64,000 nucleotides of DNA from Halomonadaceae bacterium T82-2 (GCA_001577635.1 LSBP01000003.1:41267-105266), one strand, 5' to 3'; shown: positions 1 through 11,197, counted from the stretch's first letter. Made by a program: numbers and translations. Notes: generated by a model not told the origin, from the sequence alone.

Positions 1-39
1 TAACGCCTTGGTCGAATTCATTAACGTCAGGAGATTGCC

Positions 40-393
40 ATGACTCGCGTCAAGCGTGGCGTTGTAGCACGCCGCCGTCACAAGAAAATCATGAAGCAGG
101 CCAAGGGCTACTACGGTGCCCGGTCTCGCGTGTTCCGCGTTGCCAAGCAGGCGGTCATCAAGGCAGGCCAGTACGCCTACCGCGACCGTCGTCAGCGCAA
201 GCGCCAGTTCCGTGCGCTGTGGATCTCGCGGATCAATGCCGCGGCCCGTCAGAACGGTCTGTCCTACAGCCGCTTCATCGCCGGCCTCAAGAAGTCCGGC
301 ATCGAGATCGACCGCAAGGTCCTGGCCGATCTCGCCGTTCACGAAAAGGCTGCCTTTGCCGCTATCGTCGAGAAGGCCAAGGCTGCCCAGTAA
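40..393 (+). CDS. rplT: 50S ribosomal protein L20 (bL20)
   Basis: 117-aa ORF starting [39 protein letters not shown], canonical bL20. AGGAG SD at 29-33. A TAA at 1-3 is consistent with the end of rpmI. Classic rplT-pheST-ihfA synteny. Confidence 0.95.
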   Translation: MTRVKRGVVARRRHKKIMKQAKGYYGARSRVFRVAKQAVIKAGQYAYRDRRQRKRQFRALWISRINAAARQNGLSYSRFIAGLKKSGIEIDRKVLADLAVHEKAAFAAIVEKAKAAQ

Positions 394-398
394 GCGAG

Positions 399-432
399 AT
401 GACCACCGGTAGCCTGTTCGGTTGCCGGTCAT
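399..432 (+). other. Stem-loop directly after the rplT stop codon
   Basis: ATGACC(399-404)/GGTCAT(427-432) outer stem and GGTAGCC(408-414)/GGTTGCC(420-426) inner stem with two G-U pairs. Loop is TGTTC. Confidence 0.4.
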
Positions 433-447
433 GCATCGTGAACGTCA

Positions 448-482
448 CAGGGGAAGAGCAGCCGCTCTTCCCCTGTTTTTTT
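448..482 (+). terminator. Rho-independent terminator or attenuator between rplT and pheS
   Basis: CAGGGGAAGAGC-agcc-GCTCTTCCCCTG, a 12-bp perfect stem (448-475), followed by a run of 7 T (476-482). Lies 46 nt upstream of the pheS ATG. Confidence 0.7.
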
Positions 483-524
483 GGACCCGCATTCCGGGAT
501 CCCTGACTCAGAATCGGAGCGTAA

Positions 525-1547
<1,023 letters not shown>

Positions 1548-1573
1548 GCGACACAAGGAGACGGGATCTCAAG

Positions 1574-3958
1574 ATGAAATTTTCCGAACAATGGCTGCGT
1601 GAGTGGGTTTCGCCGGCCCTGTCGACCCAGGCGCTGGCCGACCAGATCACCATGGCGGGCCTCGAGGTGGATGCCGTCGAGCGCGTGGCGAGCGATTTCA
1701 ACGGAGTTGTGGTTGCCGAAGTGATCAGCCGCGAGCCGCACCCCGATGCCGACAAGCTGAACGTCTGCCGTGTCGATGATGGTTCCGGCGAGCCGGTGCA
1801 GGTGGTCTGCGGTGCCCCCAACGTCGCCGCCGGCCAGAAGGTGCCGTTCGCCCGTGTGGGGGCGGTGCTGCCGGGCGACTTCAAGATCAAGAAGGCCAAG
1901 CTGCGGGGCGTTGAGTCGCGCGGGATGATCTGCTCGGCCTCCGAGCTGGGGCTGGAGGAGGAAACCTCCCCGGGGATCCTCGAGCTGCCGACTTCCGCGC
2001 CGACCGGCGAGGACTTTCGGGCGTGGCTGTCGCTCGACGACCACACCATCGAGATCGACCTGACGCCCAATCGGGGCGACTGCCTGAGTCTCAAGGGGGT
2101 GGCGCGGGAGGTCGGCGTGCTCAATCGCATGGCCGTCGACTCGCCGGCGATCGTCGAGCAGCCGGCCGTCTGCGAGGACACCTTCCCGGTGGCGGTCAGC
2201 GCCCCCGAGGCCTGTCCGCGCTATGTCGGCCGGGTGGTGCGCGGCGTCGCCGTCGGTGCGGAAACGCCGCTGTGGATGGTCGAGCGACTGCGTCGCAGCG
2301 GGGTGCGCTCGATCAGTGTCATCGTCGACATCACCAACTATGTGATGCTCGAACTGGGACAGCCGATGCACGCCTTCGATCTGGCCGAGCTGTCACGGAC
2401 GATCGAGGTACGTTACGCCCGCGAGGGAGAGACCCTGGTACTGCTCGACGGCCAGGAGATTGCGCTGCGCCCCGACACCCTGGTGATCGCCGATGCCGAC
2501 AAGCCGCTGGCCATGGCCGGCATCATGGGCGGTGAGCATTCCGGCGTGAGCGATTCGACCCGCGACGTCTTCCTCGAGTCGGCCTTCTTCACGCCCCTGG
2601 CGGTAGCCGGCAAGGCGCGCTCCTACGGTCTGCACACCGACTCCTCGCATCGCTTCGAACGCGGTGTCGATCCGGCGCTGACCTGGCAGGCGATCGAACG
2701 CGCCACCGAGCTGCTGACCCGCATCGCCGGCGGTCGGCCCGGGCCGGTCAGCGAGACGGCAAGTCCCGATCACCTGCCCACCGAGCGCCGGGTCCGGCTG
2801 CGTGCCGAGCGAATCGAGCAGTGCCTGAATCTGGCTCTGCCCGGTGAGGAGGTCGTCGAGATCCTCGACCGGCTGGGGATGCCGGCGGTGGTCGAAACAC
2901 CGGGTGTCTGGCAGGTCAGCGTGCCCAGCTGGCGCTTTGATGTGGCCATCGAGGAGGACCTGATCGAGGAGCTGGCGCGCATTCATGGCTACAATCGTCT
3001 GCCGGCTCGACGGCCGCCGGTTCGCCTGGGGCTGAGCGCTGACAATGAAGCACGACAGCCGCTGGCACGGCTGCGGCGTCAGCTGGTGGCCCGCGACTTT
3101 CAGGAAGCCATCACCTACAGCTTCGTGGCCCCTGATCTGCAGGCTCTGCTGGCGCCCGACGTCACGGCACCGCGTCTGGCCAACCCCATCTCCAGCGACA
3201 TGTCGGTGATGCGGGCCAGTCTGTTCCCGGGACTGGTCAAGGTGCTGATGCACAATCTCAACCGCCAGCAGAGCCGGGTGCGGCTGTTCGAGGCGGGGCT
3301 GGTCTTCCGCGGCGAGCTCGATGCGCTCGAGCAGGTGCCCATGCTGGGCGCGCTGGTCGCCGGTCCGCGCAGTCCCGAAGGCTGGGCGGGGGGCCGTGAT
3401 GCGGTGGACTTCTTCGATCTCAAGGGGGATCTGGAAAGCCTTTTCGCCTTGAGCGGCAGCGAGCACGACTGGCGCTTCGAGCCGGCGCTGCATCCGGCGC
3501 TGCATCCGGGCCAGACGGCGCGCATCCTGCATGACGGCCATCCGGTCGGCTGGATCGGTGCGCTGCACCCCGGCGTCCGCCGTGAACTGGGCATCAAGAC
3601 CGAAACCTTCGTGTTCGAGGTCGAGCAGACAGCGCTGCTCAAGGGCCGGCTGCCGCGTTTCACGCCGCTGTCGCGTTTCCCCGAGGTGCGCCGCGACCTG
3701 GCGCTGGTGGTGGAAGCGACGGTGCCGGTCCAGGCGTTGCTCGATACGCTGCGCGAGCAGGCCGGCGAATGGCTGACCGACCTGCATCTGTTCGACGTCT
3801 ATCAGGGCAAGGGCGTGGCCGACGGCTACAAGAGCCTGGCCCTGGGCTTGACCTGGCAGCATCCTTCGCGCACGCTGAATGATGAGGAAATCAATCAGTT
3901 AGTCGAGGCGATCGTTGCCGAGTCGAAGCATCGCTTCGGTGCCGAGCTGCGCGGCTGA
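1574..3958 (+). CDS. pheT: Phenylalanine--tRNA ligase beta subunit
   Basis: 794-aa ORF starting [12 protein letters not shown], with tRNA-binding, B3/4, B5 and FDX-ACB regions typical of PheT. 26 nt after pheS. Confidence 0.95.
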   Translation: MKFSEQWLREWVSPALSTQALADQITMAGLEVDAVERVASDFNGVVVAEVISREPHPDADKLNVCRVDDGSGEPVQVVCGAPNVAAGQKVPFARVGAVLPGDFKIKKAKLRGVESRGMICSASELGLEEETSPGILELPTSAPTGEDFRAWLSLDDHTIEIDLTPNRGDCLSLKGVAREVGVLNRMAVDSPAIVEQPAVCEDTFPVAVSAPEACPRYVGRVVRGVAVGAETPLWMVERLRRSGVRSISVIVDITNYVMLELGQPMHAFDLAELSRTIEVRYAREGETLVLLDGQEIALRPDTLVIADADKPLAMAGIMGGEHSGVSDSTRDVFLESAFFTPLAVAGKARSYGLHTDSSHRFERGVDPALTWQAIERATELLTRIAGGRPGPVSETASPDHLPTERRVRLRAERIEQCLNLALPGEEVVEILDRLGMPAVVETPGVWQVSVPSWRFDVAIEEDLIEELARIHGYNRLPARRPPVRLGLSADNEARQPLARLRRQLVARDFQEAITYSFVAPDLQALLAPDVTAPRLANPISSDMSVMRASLFPGLVKVLMHNLNRQQSRVRLFEAGLVFRGELDALEQVPMLGALVAGPRSPEGWAGGRDAVDFFDLKGDLESLFALSGSEHDWRFEPALHPALHPGQTARILHDGHPVGWIGALHPGVRRELGIKTETFVFEVEQTALLKGRLPRFTPLSRFPEVRRDLALVVEATVPVQALLDTLREQAGEWLTDLHLFDVYQGKGVADGYKSLALGLTWQHPSRTLNDEEINQLVEAIVAESKHRFGAELRG

Positions 3959-3986
3959 TGTCGTCATCCTGCACGAGGGAGTGATC

Positions 3987-4289
3987 ATGGGGGCGTTGAC
4001 CAAGGCGGAACTGGCCGAACATCTGCATGCCGAGCTGGGCGTGTCCAAGCGTGAAGCCAAGTCGATGGTGGAAGCGTTCTTCGAGGAGATTCGTGGCTGT
4101 CTGCGCGAGAACGAACAGGTCAAGCTGTCGGGGTTCGGCAACTTTGATCTGCGCGACAAGCGCGAGCGTCCCGGTCGCAATCCCAAGACGGGCGAGGAGA
4201 TTCCCATTTCGGCGCGCCGTGTGGTCACGTTCCGCCCGGGGCAGAAGCTCAAGGCGCGAGTCGAGAGCTACGACGGGCCCCATGACTGA
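3987..4289 (+). CDS. ihfA: Integration host factor alpha subunit
   Basis: [13 protein letters not shown]...[41 protein letters not shown] is canonical IHF-alpha. ATG at 3987 chosen inside the longer table ORF (3915) by homologue N-terminus. Confidence 0.9.
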   Translation: MGALTKAELAEHLHAELGVSKREAKSMVEAFFEEIRGCLRENEQVKLSGFGNFDLRDKRERPGRNPKTGEEIPISARRVVTFRPGQKLKARVESYDGPHD

Positions 4290-4320
4290 GCACATGCCGA
4301 ACTGACGGACGAGACGCAAA

Positions 4321-4345
4321 GGGCCCCACCTTGACGGTGGGGCCC
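4321..4345. terminator. Bidirectional hairpin between convergent ihfA and the SCP2 gene
   Basis: GGGCCCCACC-ttgac-GGTGGGGCCC, a 10-bp perfect stem. Flanks are only weakly T-rich (TTGTCGT on +, CTTTGCG on -). Confidence 0.6.
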
Positions 4346-4371
4346 TTGTCGTAGCGAAAGCGGAAATGGGC

Positions 4372-4683
4372 TCAGGGAAACAGCTGGGAAAGGCGGGTGG
4401 CCAGCATGATGTTGCCGGAAGCCTTGAGGCGACCGGACATGAAGGCCTGCATGCCGCTGAGCTCGCCGCTCATGACATCCTTGAGCGTTGCGCTGTCAGT
4501 GCTCAGTGTGACGGAGGGATCGTCGTGTTCACCGGACTGGATATCCAGCGTGCCATCCTGAACCGTCAGATAATAATCGTCGGCATCGCTGATGTGGAAC
4601 TGAAAGGTTTCGTCCATGCCCTGGGCGGCCTGAGAGTCGAAACGGGACCGTAGCATGTCGATGACGCGGGAGGCGTTGCTCAT
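4372..4683 (-). CDS. SCP2 sterol-binding-domain protein
   Basis: 103-aa product MSNASRVIDMLRSRF...LSGMQAFMSGRLKASGNIMLATRLSQLF, an SCP2-type C-terminal motif. ATG at 4683 is preceded by AGGAAG. The longer table ORF start was rejected. Confidence 0.7.
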   Translation of the reverse strand: MSNASRVIDMLRSRFDSQAAQGMDETFQFHISDADDYYLTVQDGTLDIQSGEHDDPSVTLSTDSATLKDVMSGELSGMQAFMSGRLKASGNIMLATRLSQLFP

Positions 4684-4803
4684 GAAGACTTCCTGATCTG
4701 GGCAATGACGTCCCTGTAGCGTATTTAAAACAAGTGTTTGAATCAAGCGTGGCGTTGCGGAAGACATGTCGCGACGGCGCTGCTGCCCGAGGAGGTGACG
4801 AGC

Positions 4804-5835
4804 GTGAACGAGTGGATTGCACACTATGGGTTGTTCCTGGCCAAGATAGCGACGCTGGCGGTTGCGGTACTGGCCGTACTGGCGGTGGCGTCCCGTTGGC
4901 GTGGCGGTGACTCGGAGCGCTCCCGGCTGCGGGTCGAGGAATGGAACGCGCGCTACCGCTCACGGCAGCGCAAGCTGCGTCTGGCCGCCCTCGACAAGAA
5001 AGCGCGGCGAGCGGCGCTCAAGGCGTTCAAGCGCGAGGACAAGCGGCGTCCCGAGGCGGCGGATTCGGCCGCGGCCGGACGTGTCTGGGTCATCGATTTT
5101 CATGGCGACATCAAGGCGTCGGGTACCCGGCGGCTGGCCGAGGAAGTGTCGTTGCTCCTCGAGAGCGCGGAGCAGGGCGATGAAGTGGTCGTGCGTCTGG
5201 AATCCGGCGGTGGTCTCGTGCATGCCTACGGACTGGCCGCCGCCGAACTGGACCGCCTGCGTGACGCCGGGTTGCGGACCACGGTGTGTGTCGACAAGGT
5301 GGCGGCGAGCGGCGGCTACATGATGGCGTGCTGCGCCGACCGGTTGCAGGCGGCTCCGTTCGCCGTACTGGGGTCGATCGGGGTGGTGGCCCAGCTGCCC
5401 AACCTGCATCGCCTGCTCAAGCGTCACGATATCGATGTCGAGCTGCTCACGGCCGGCCGTTACAAGCGCACCCTGACGGTGTTCGGCGAGAATACCGAGG
5501 AGGGGCGCGAGAAGTTCGTCGAAGATCTGGAAAACACCCACGCGCTGTTCAAGGCGTTCGTGGCCGAGCGGCGTCCGGCCCTGGATATCGAGGCTATCGC
5601 CACCGGCGAGATCTGGTACGGCCGTCAGGCTCTGGAGAACGGACTGATCGATGCCGTGACCACCAGCGAGGCCTATCTGCTCGAGCGCATGCGCGAGACC
5701 CGGGTCTTCCATATCGCTCTCGAGCAGCGTCGCGGCCTGGCCGAGCGACTGGGCATGGGCGTGTCGCAGGGCGTCGAGCGTGGGGTCCAGCGGCTCTATG
5801 AAGTGCTCGAGGCGAGCCGCTGGCAGCGTCGCTGA
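4804..5835 (+). CDS. sohB: Inner-membrane peptidase SohB (S49 family)
   Basis: N-terminus EWIAHYGLFLAKIATLAV resembles SohB, and AASGGYMMA is the serine-nucleophile region of S49 peptidases. GTG at 4804 with GAGGAGG 8-14 nt upstream. The exact start is uncertain. Confidence 0.75.
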   Translation: MNEWIAHYGLFLAKIATLAVAVLAVLAVASRWRGGDSERSRLRVEEWNARYRSRQRKLRLAALDKKARRAALKAFKREDKRRPEAADSAAAGRVWVIDFHGDIKASGTRRLAEEVSLLLESAEQGDEVVVRLESGGGLVHAYGLAAAELDRLRDAGLRTTVCVDKVAASGGYMMACCADRLQAAPFAVLGSIGVVAQLPNLHRLLKRHDIDVELLTAGRYKRTLTVFGENTEEGREKFVEDLENTHALFKAFVAERRPALDIEAIATGEIWYGRQALENGLIDAVTTSEAYLLERMRETRVFHIALEQRRGLAERLGMGVSQGVERGVQRLYEVLEASRWQRR

Positions 5836-5845
5836 CGGCGTGGAG

Positions 5846-6166
5846 TCAGCGGCCGGTGAACAGGCCGGCGAGGGTTTCCACCAGGGCTCGCGCGTGATTG
5901 CCGTGCAGCGAATAATAGATGGTCTGGGAGGCGCGTCGCGTGTTGACCAGACCTTCCCGACGCAGGATGGCCAGGTGCTGCGACAGGGCAGACTGGCTCA
6001 GGGACAGGCGCTTGTTGAGTTCCGAGACCGACAGCTCCGTGTCGTCGAGCAGGCACAGGATGCGCAGCCGGTTCTCGTTGGCCATGGCCTTGAGCAGGTT
6101 GGTGGCGTTGGCGATCGCCGGACTGTCGGGATCGAGCAGCCGGGCGGCTGACTGACGAGTGCTCAT
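5846..6166 (-). CDS. ArsR-family transcriptional regulator, HlyU-like
   Basis: LLKAMANENRLRILCLLDDTELSVSELNKRLSLSQSALSQHLAILRREGLVNTRRASQTIYYSL closely parallels Vibrio HlyU. There is no ELCVCDL metal site. ATG at 6166 with an AGGAG SD. Confidence 0.75.
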   Translation of the reverse strand: MSTRQSAARLLDPDSPAIANATNLLKAMANENRLRILCLLDDTELSVSELNKRLSLSQSALSQHLAILRREGLVNTRRASQTIYYSLHGNHARALVETLAGLFTGR

Positions 6167-6349
6167 TGGGGATCTCCTGGGATAACGGGCCACGCGTTCG
6201 ATGCGTGGTTCGGGCCGCGTTTTATGGTTGTTGTCGTCGGCGGCGTCTGCCGGGCGATGCATTATTGTTCCATGGCAGGCTCGACGGCGGGATGGACCAT
6301 CGGTGCGCTTGTGCCCGGCAGTGGCGCGTCTGCCTTCATTACTGATTTA

Positions 6350-6365
6350 GTGAATTGTCATTCAC
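6350..6365. promoter_or_regulatory. Candidate ArsR/SmtB-type operator (inverted repeat)
   Basis: GTGAAT-tgtc-ATTCAC sits in the AT-rich divergent region. It contains the TGAA...TTCA core typical of ArsR/SmtB operators. A second IR, TGATTT-N6-AAATCA, lies at 6388-6405. Confidence 0.3.
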
Positions 6366-6616
6366 GCTGCAAATGTCCGACAGTCATTGATTTAACGAAA
6401 AATCATCGGAAAGTGTTTCGGCGGCATTAACAGACCGCCTGGGTGTCGACAATGTTTTCATCGAAACCGGTGCCAGGGCCTGTCTTTCCGTAAGCGAGGC
6501 GGTTTTTAGCCGATGGTATGAAGGTAAACGCTGGAGGCTGTTCTAGAGTGTCAACAATCGGCGGGCTTTGTGGCCTGCCGGGCCGACAACAATTCTCTCG
6601 ACACGGCAGGAACTCC

Positions 6617-8530
6617 ATGAGCGCGTATCAGGCCGAATACCAGCGATCGATCGAGCAACCGGAAGCCTTCTGGGCGGAGCAGGCGCAGCGAATTCCCTGG
6701 TTCACGCCACCCGAGCGCATTCTCGAATACGACGAGCACGGGCATGCGCGCTGGTATGGGGACGGCGTGCTCAACACCTGTCATGTGGCCATCGACCACC
6801 ATGTCGAGAGCGGGCGGGGCGAGCAGCCGGCGATCCACTGGGATTCGCCGGTCAGCCGGTCGCGGCGGACGCTGAGCTACCGTGAGCTGCGCGATGAGGT
6901 TGCGCGCTGTGCCGGGGCGCTGCGTGATCTGGGGGTCGAGAAGGGGGATCGGGTGGTGATCTACATGCCCATGGTGCCCGAGGCGCTGATCGCCATGTAC
7001 GCTTGTGCCCGGCTGGGGGCGGTGCACTCCGTGGTCTTCGGCGGTTTCGCGCCCCATGAGCTGGCGGTGCGCATTGACGATGCACAGCCGCGCGTGGTCA
7101 TCGCCGCGTCCTGCGGTATCGAGTTCGAACGGGTGGTGCCCTACAAGCCGATCCTCGATGCCGCCCTGGCGCAGAGCACGCACCGGCCGGATGCCTGCGT
7201 GATTCTCCAGCGGCCGTCGCTGAAGGCCGAGATGGGGGCGATCGATCACGACTGGGCGGAGGTGGTGGGGCAGGCGCAGCCGGCCCCCTGCGTGCCCGTG
7301 GCGGCGACCGATCCACTCTATATCCTGTATACCTCCGGGACCACGGGCAAGCCGAAGGGGGTGGTGCGCGATCACGGCGGCCATGCCGTGGCGCTGCACT
7401 ACTCGATGAAACGTGTCTACGGCATGACCCCCGGCGAGGTGTTCTTCTCCGCCTCTGACGTGGGCTGGGTCGTGGGGCATTCCTACATCGTCTATGCGCC
7501 GCTGATCTACGGCTGCACGACGCTGGTCTACGAGGGCAAGCCGGTGCGCACCCCCGACGCGGGCGCCTTCTGGCGGCTGATCGAAACCTACAGGGTCAAC
7601 GTCTTCTTCACGGCGCCGACGGCCTTCCGGGCGATCAAGAAGGAAGACCCGGATGGACGACACCTGCCACAGTACGACATCAGCAGCCTGCGGACGCTGT
7701 TTCTGGCCGGCGAGCGACTCGACCCGCCGACCTTCTACTGGCTGGAAGGGCTGCTCGATGTGCCGGTGATCGACCACTGGTGGCAGACCGAAACCGGCTG
7801 GCCGATCGCCGCCAACCTGCAGGGGCTCGAACCCATGCCGACCAAGGCGGGGTCGGCCACCATGCCGGTGCCGGGCTATGCCGTAGCGGTGCTGGACCCC
7901 CACGGCGAGCCCGCGGCTCCCGGCGAGCAGGGCAGCGTGGTCATTCGCGAACCGATGCCGCCCGGCTGCCTGGCGGGTATCTGGCGGGACCCGCAACGCT
8001 TCCAGCGCGCCTACCTGTCCACCTTCCCCGGCTGCTATCTGACCGGGGACGGCGGCTACTTCGATGAAGAGGGCTATCTGTTCATCATGGGGCGCACCGA
8101 CGACGTCATCAATGTCGCCGGCCATCGCCTGTCCACCGGCGAGATGGAGGAAGTCGTCGGTGAGCATCCGGCAGTGGCCGAATGCGCGGTCATCGGCATC
8201 CAGGACCCGATAAAGGGCCAGGTGCCGATTGCACTGGTAATTCCCAAGGATGGTTACGATGGCGATGACGAGGCGCTGGAAGCGGCCCTGGGCGAGCGGG
8301 TGCGCGAGCGCATCGGGGCCATCGCCAGTCTGCGTCAGGTGCTGGTGGTGTCGCGGCTGCCCAAGACCCGCTCCGGCAAGATCCTGCGCAAGCTGCTGCG
8401 CAACATCGCCGACGGCGAGCGCTACGGCGTGCCCTCGACCATCGACGATCCGGCGAGCCTGCAGGATGTTCACGAAGCGATGATCGCCCGTGACGTCGGT
8501 CAGGCTGATCAGGCGCACCCCGCGGATTGA
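6617..8530 (+). CDS. prpE: Propionate--CoA ligase (acyl-CoA synthetase, PrpE type)
   Basis: 637 aa. Near-colinear with E. coli PrpE as I recall it: YQRSIEQPEAFWAEQA, YTSGTTGKPKGV, DVGWVVGHSYIVYAPL, GRTDDVINVAGHRL, LPKTRSGKILRK, TIDDPASL. Confidence 0.75.
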   Translation: MSAYQAEYQRSIEQPEAFWAEQAQRIPWFTPPERILEYDEHGHARWYGDGVLNTCHVAIDHHVESGRGEQPAIHWDSPVSRSRRTLSYRELRDEVARCAGALRDLGVEKGDRVVIYMPMVPEALIAMYACARLGAVHSVVFGGFAPHELAVRIDDAQPRVVIAASCGIEFERVVPYKPILDAALAQSTHRPDACVILQRPSLKAEMGAIDHDWAEVVGQAQPAPCVPVAATDPLYILYTSGTTGKPKGVVRDHGGHAVALHYSMKRVYGMTPGEVFFSASDVGWVVGHSYIVYAPLIYGCTTLVYEGKPVRTPDAGAFWRLIETYRVNVFFTAPTAFRAIKKEDPDGRHLPQYDISSLRTLFLAGERLDPPTFYWLEGLLDVPVIDHWWQTETGWPIAANLQGLEPMPTKAGSATMPVPGYAVAVLDPHGEPAAPGEQGSVVIREPMPPGCLAGIWRDPQRFQRAYLSTFPGCYLTGDGGYFDEEGYLFIMGRTDDVINVAGHRLSTGEMEEVVGEHPAVAECAVIGIQDPIKGQVPIALVIPKDGYDGDDEALEAALGERVRERIGAIASLRQVLVVSRLPKTRSGKILRKLLRNIADGERYGVPSTIDDPASLQDVHEAMIARDVGQADQAHPAD

Positions 8531-8566
8531 GCTGCTCCTCGGGCGTCAGGAGGGCGGCGGTGCTTG

Positions 8567-8773
8567 CTATGGGCCGGCGCCCTCGATCAATCCGGCTATC
8601 ACCGTCTTGACAAGAAAGGCGCCCATCCCGGCTCCCAGAACCACGAACAGCATCACGGTCCCCAGTCGGCCGGCCTGCGAACGGCGAGCCAGGTCCCAGA
8701 TGATGAAGCCCATGAACAGCATCAGGCCGCCGATCATTACCGGGGTGACCCAGGCTTCGAAAACACGTGTCAT
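8567..8773 (-). CDS. Small membrane protein (DUF2788-like)
   Basis: 68 aa, two hydrophobic helices (MTRVFEAWVTPVMIGGLMLFMGFIIWDLARRSQAGRLGTVMLFVVLGAGMGAFLV). ATG at 8773 chosen. Confidence 0.55.
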   Translation of the reverse strand: MTRVFEAWVTPVMIGGLMLFMGFIIWDLARRSQAGRLGTVMLFVVLGAGMGAFLVKTVIAGLIEGAGP

Positions 8774-8902
8774 GCCCTGTTCTCCCGTGGCCAAAAGGCC
8801 AGTATAACCCGATGCCGGGGCACGCAGGCGGCGGTGTTCGCCCTGCCGTCGATGCCGGTTTCATGGTAGTATCCGAGCAAATTTCTCAAGCAAGTCGCGG
8901 AC

Positions 8903-9367
8903 ATGCCTACGCTGAAGATCTTTGTCGGTACCGTGTACGGCGGTGCCCTGGATGTTGCCGAACAGGTCAAGCCCCTTTTCGAGGACGCCGGTTACAGCGT
9001 TACCGTGCTGGAGCAGCCGACGCTGGAGGACCTGGTGGACCCGCTGCCGGATCTGGCGCTGTTCTGTGTATCCACCACCGGTAGCGGCGATCTGCCCGGC
9101 AACCTGACGCCGTTCGCCCGGGCGCTGCAGGAGCGTCACCCGGTGCTGACCGAGCTGCGCTACGGCCTGATTGCGCTGGGTGACAGTTCCTACGGCGACA
9201 CCTACTGCGGCGGCGGCCGCCAGCTCGATGCTCTGCTCGAGGACCACGGCGCCCGCCGTCTCGGCGAGCGCCTGGAGGTTGACGCCATGGAAACCTTCAT
9301 GGCCGATGACGAGGCGCTGCCCTGGGCCGAGCGGTGGATCGACGAACAGGCGCTGCGTCAGGCTTGA
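8903..9367 (+). CDS. mioC: Flavodoxin-like FMN-binding protein (MioC type)
   Basis: 154 aa. MPTLKIFVGTVYGGALDVAE and STTGSGDLP are flavodoxin FMN-loop signatures. Size matches MioC. Confidence 0.65.
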   Translation: MPTLKIFVGTVYGGALDVAEQVKPLFEDAGYSVTVLEQPTLEDLVDPLPDLALFCVSTTGSGDLPGNLTPFARALQERHPVLTELRYGLIALGDSSYGDTYCGGGRQLDALLEDHGARRLGERLEVDAMETFMADDEALPWAERWIDEQALRQA

Positions 9368-9377
9368 GGAGCGAATC

Positions 9378-9752
9378 GTGAAGCAACGGGTGATGACGCC
9401 GGAGCGCGTCAGTGTGCTGGTCGGCGTTGTGGTTGCGATGCTGGCCAATCTGCCGCGTTATCTGACGGCACCGGGGCAGTCGGAACGTGCCATGCTGCTG
9501 GGCGTGGCACTGGGGGTGGTGGCCATCGTGGCGCTGCTGTCGTGGCGGCTGCTCGATGCCGCAGCGCGTCAGCGCCTGCCGGGCCTGTTCAGGCGGCTGG
9601 GAGTGGCGCTGGCGGTGGGGCTGGTTGCGGTGGCTCTGCTGCAGTGGAGCCAGGGTGGCATCGAGCGCTGGCTGTGGCTGTCACATGGCACCACGCTGGG
9701 CTTGCTGGGGTACGCCATTCTCGTGGGGTGGCGTCGCCGCGCGCGGTCCTGA
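9378..9752 (+). CDS. Hypothetical membrane protein
   Basis: About 124 aa with 3-4 hydrophobic segments. GTG at 9378 lies 8 nt after a GAGGAG; alternative ATG at 9393. Followed by a strong terminator. No family recognised. Confidence 0.5.
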   Translation: MKQRVMTPERVSVLVGVVVAMLANLPRYLTAPGQSERAMLLGVALGVVAIVALLSWRLLDAAARQRLPGLFRRLGVALAVGLVAVALLQWSQGGIERWLWLSHGTTLGLLGYAILVGWRRRARS

Positions 9753-9775
9753 GTCGCGAGGTGTGCTCGTGAGTG

Positions 9776-9812
9776 CAGCGCCCCGGCCGTTCGGCCGGGG
9801 CGCTGTCGTTTT
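9776..9812 (+). terminator. Rho-independent terminator
   Basis: CAGCGCCCCGGCC-gttc-GGCCGGGGCGCTG, a 13-bp stem, followed by TCGTTTT. Confidence 0.7.
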
Positions 9813-9832
9813 CACGGGGCGTCAGGTTGCGG

Positions 9833-11197
9833 TCAGGTGAGGGTGTAGCAGGGGACGTAGTCACTACCCGGCAGCTTCATGCGGCCCTGGTCGACGAAGG
9901 ATCCCAGCAGGGCGTCCAGACGCTGCATCAGTGTTTCCTCAGCATGCAGGCGGAACGGCCCGCGGGCCTCGATGGCCCGGATGCCGGGTTCCTTGACGTT
10001 GCCGGCGACGATGCCCGAGAAGGCGCGCCGCAGGTTGGCGGCCAGTTCGTGGACGGGCTGCTGGCGGTGCAGTGCCAGGCCGGCCATGGCTTCATGGGTG
10101 GGCTCGAAGGGTTGCTGGAAGTCCGGCTGCACGTTCAGGCGCCAGTTGAAGTAGAAGGCGTCGTGGTGGGCGCGGCGGAACTCGGTGACTTCGTCGATGC
10201 CTTCACGCATGGCGCGGGCCACGCCGACCGGATCGTCGATCAGGATGCGGTAGCGCCGGCCGACGGCCTCGCCCAGCGTGTAACGCAGGAACTCGTCGAT
10301 GCGCTTGAAATAGTCGGCGGCGCTCGAGGGGCCGGTCAGGATCACCGGGAAGGGGGTGTCAGCGTTGGCCGGGTGCAGCAGGATGCCCAGCAGGTAGAGA
10401 ATCTCCTCGGCGGTGCCCACGCCGCCGGGGAATACGATGATGCCGTGCCCGACCCGCACGAAGGCCTCGAGGCGTTTCTCGATGTCGGGCATCACCACCA
10501 GTTCGTTGACGATGGGGTTGGGCGATTCGGCCGCGATGATGCCGGGCTCGGAGATGCCCAGGTAACGGCCCTGCCGACGGCGCTGCTTGGCATGCGCCAC
10601 GTTGGCACCCTTCATCGGCCCCTTCATGGCCCCCGGGCCGCAGCCGGTGCAGATGTCTAGGTCCCGTAGGCCCAGGTGGTAGCCCACGTCCTTGGTATAG
10701 TCGTACTCTTCGCGCGAGATGGAGTGCCCGCCCCAGCAGACCACCAGGCTGGGTTCCCGCGATGACTTGAGAGCGCCGGCGTTACGCAGGATATGAAAGA
10801 CGGCGTTGGTGGTGCCTTCGCCGGTGGACAGGTCGAAGCGCGGCTGCTGCTGAATCTCATTGTAGACGTAGACGATGTCGCGCAGCACTGCGGAGAGATG
10901 CTCGCGGATGCCGCGGATCATGCGCCCGTCGACGAAGGCGTCGGCCGGGGCGTTGATCAGCCGCAGACGGATACCGCGGTCCTGCTGCAGCACCTCGATA
11001 TCGAAGTCGTGGAAGGCTTCCATGACCGCCAGCCCGTCATCGGTGACCGAGCCGCAATTGAGCACCGCGAGGGCACAGCGCCGGAGCAGGTCGTGCAGGC
11101 CGTTGGCGGAGGTGTCGCGCAGTCGGTTGACCTCCTGCTGCGAGAGGACCTCGAGGCTGCCTTCGGGAGATATCGTGGTGGAGATTGTTTCGGGCAT
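9833..11197 (-). CDS. ppnN: Pyrimidine/purine nucleotide 5'-monophosphate nucleosidase (LOG family, YgdH)
   Basis: 454 aa, the same length as E. coli PpnN and colinear with it: VVCWGGHSI, ICTGCGPGAMKGPMKGA, PGGVGTAEE, RRAFSGIVAGNVKE, MKLPGS.Y.PCY. Confidence 0.8.
   Translation of the reverse strand: MPETISTTISPEGSLEVLSQQEVNRLRDTSANGLHDLLRRCALAVLNCGSVTDDGLAVMEAFHDFDIEVLQQDRGIRLRLINAPADAFVDGRMIRGIREHLSAVLRDIVYVYNEIQQQPRFDLSTGEGTTNAVFHILRNAGALKSSREPSLVVCWGGHSISREEYDYTKDVGYHLGLRDLDICTGCGPGAMKGPMKGANVAHAKQRRRQGRYLGISEPGIIAAESPNPIVNELVVMPDIEKRLEAFVRVGHGIIVFPGGVGTAEEILYLLGILLHPANADTPFPVILTGPSSAADYFKRIDEFLRYTLGEAVGRRYRILIDDPVGVARAMREGIDEVTEFRRAHHDAFYFNWRLNVQPDFQQPFEPTHEAMAGLALHRQQPVHELAANLRRAFSGIVAGNVKEPGIRAIEARGPFRLHAEETLMQRLDALLGSFVDQGRMKLPGSDYVPCYTLT

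Noticed and set aside
399-506. Phe-containing 35-codon frame as a pheM-like leader peptide.
   Set aside because: It has a weak SD. The frame runs through the terminator stem and T-run instead of stopping before it, and the Phe codons are scattered rather than clustered. It is kept only as a note under the attenuator finding.
6224-6618. Small ORFs in the AT-rich spacer (6224-6430 +, 68 aa; 6427-6618 -, 63 aa), and the 33-codon N-terminal extension of prpE from 6518.
   Set aside because: There is no SD, the composition is atypical, and no motif is recognisable. The PrpE homologue N-terminus aligns with the ATG at 6617.
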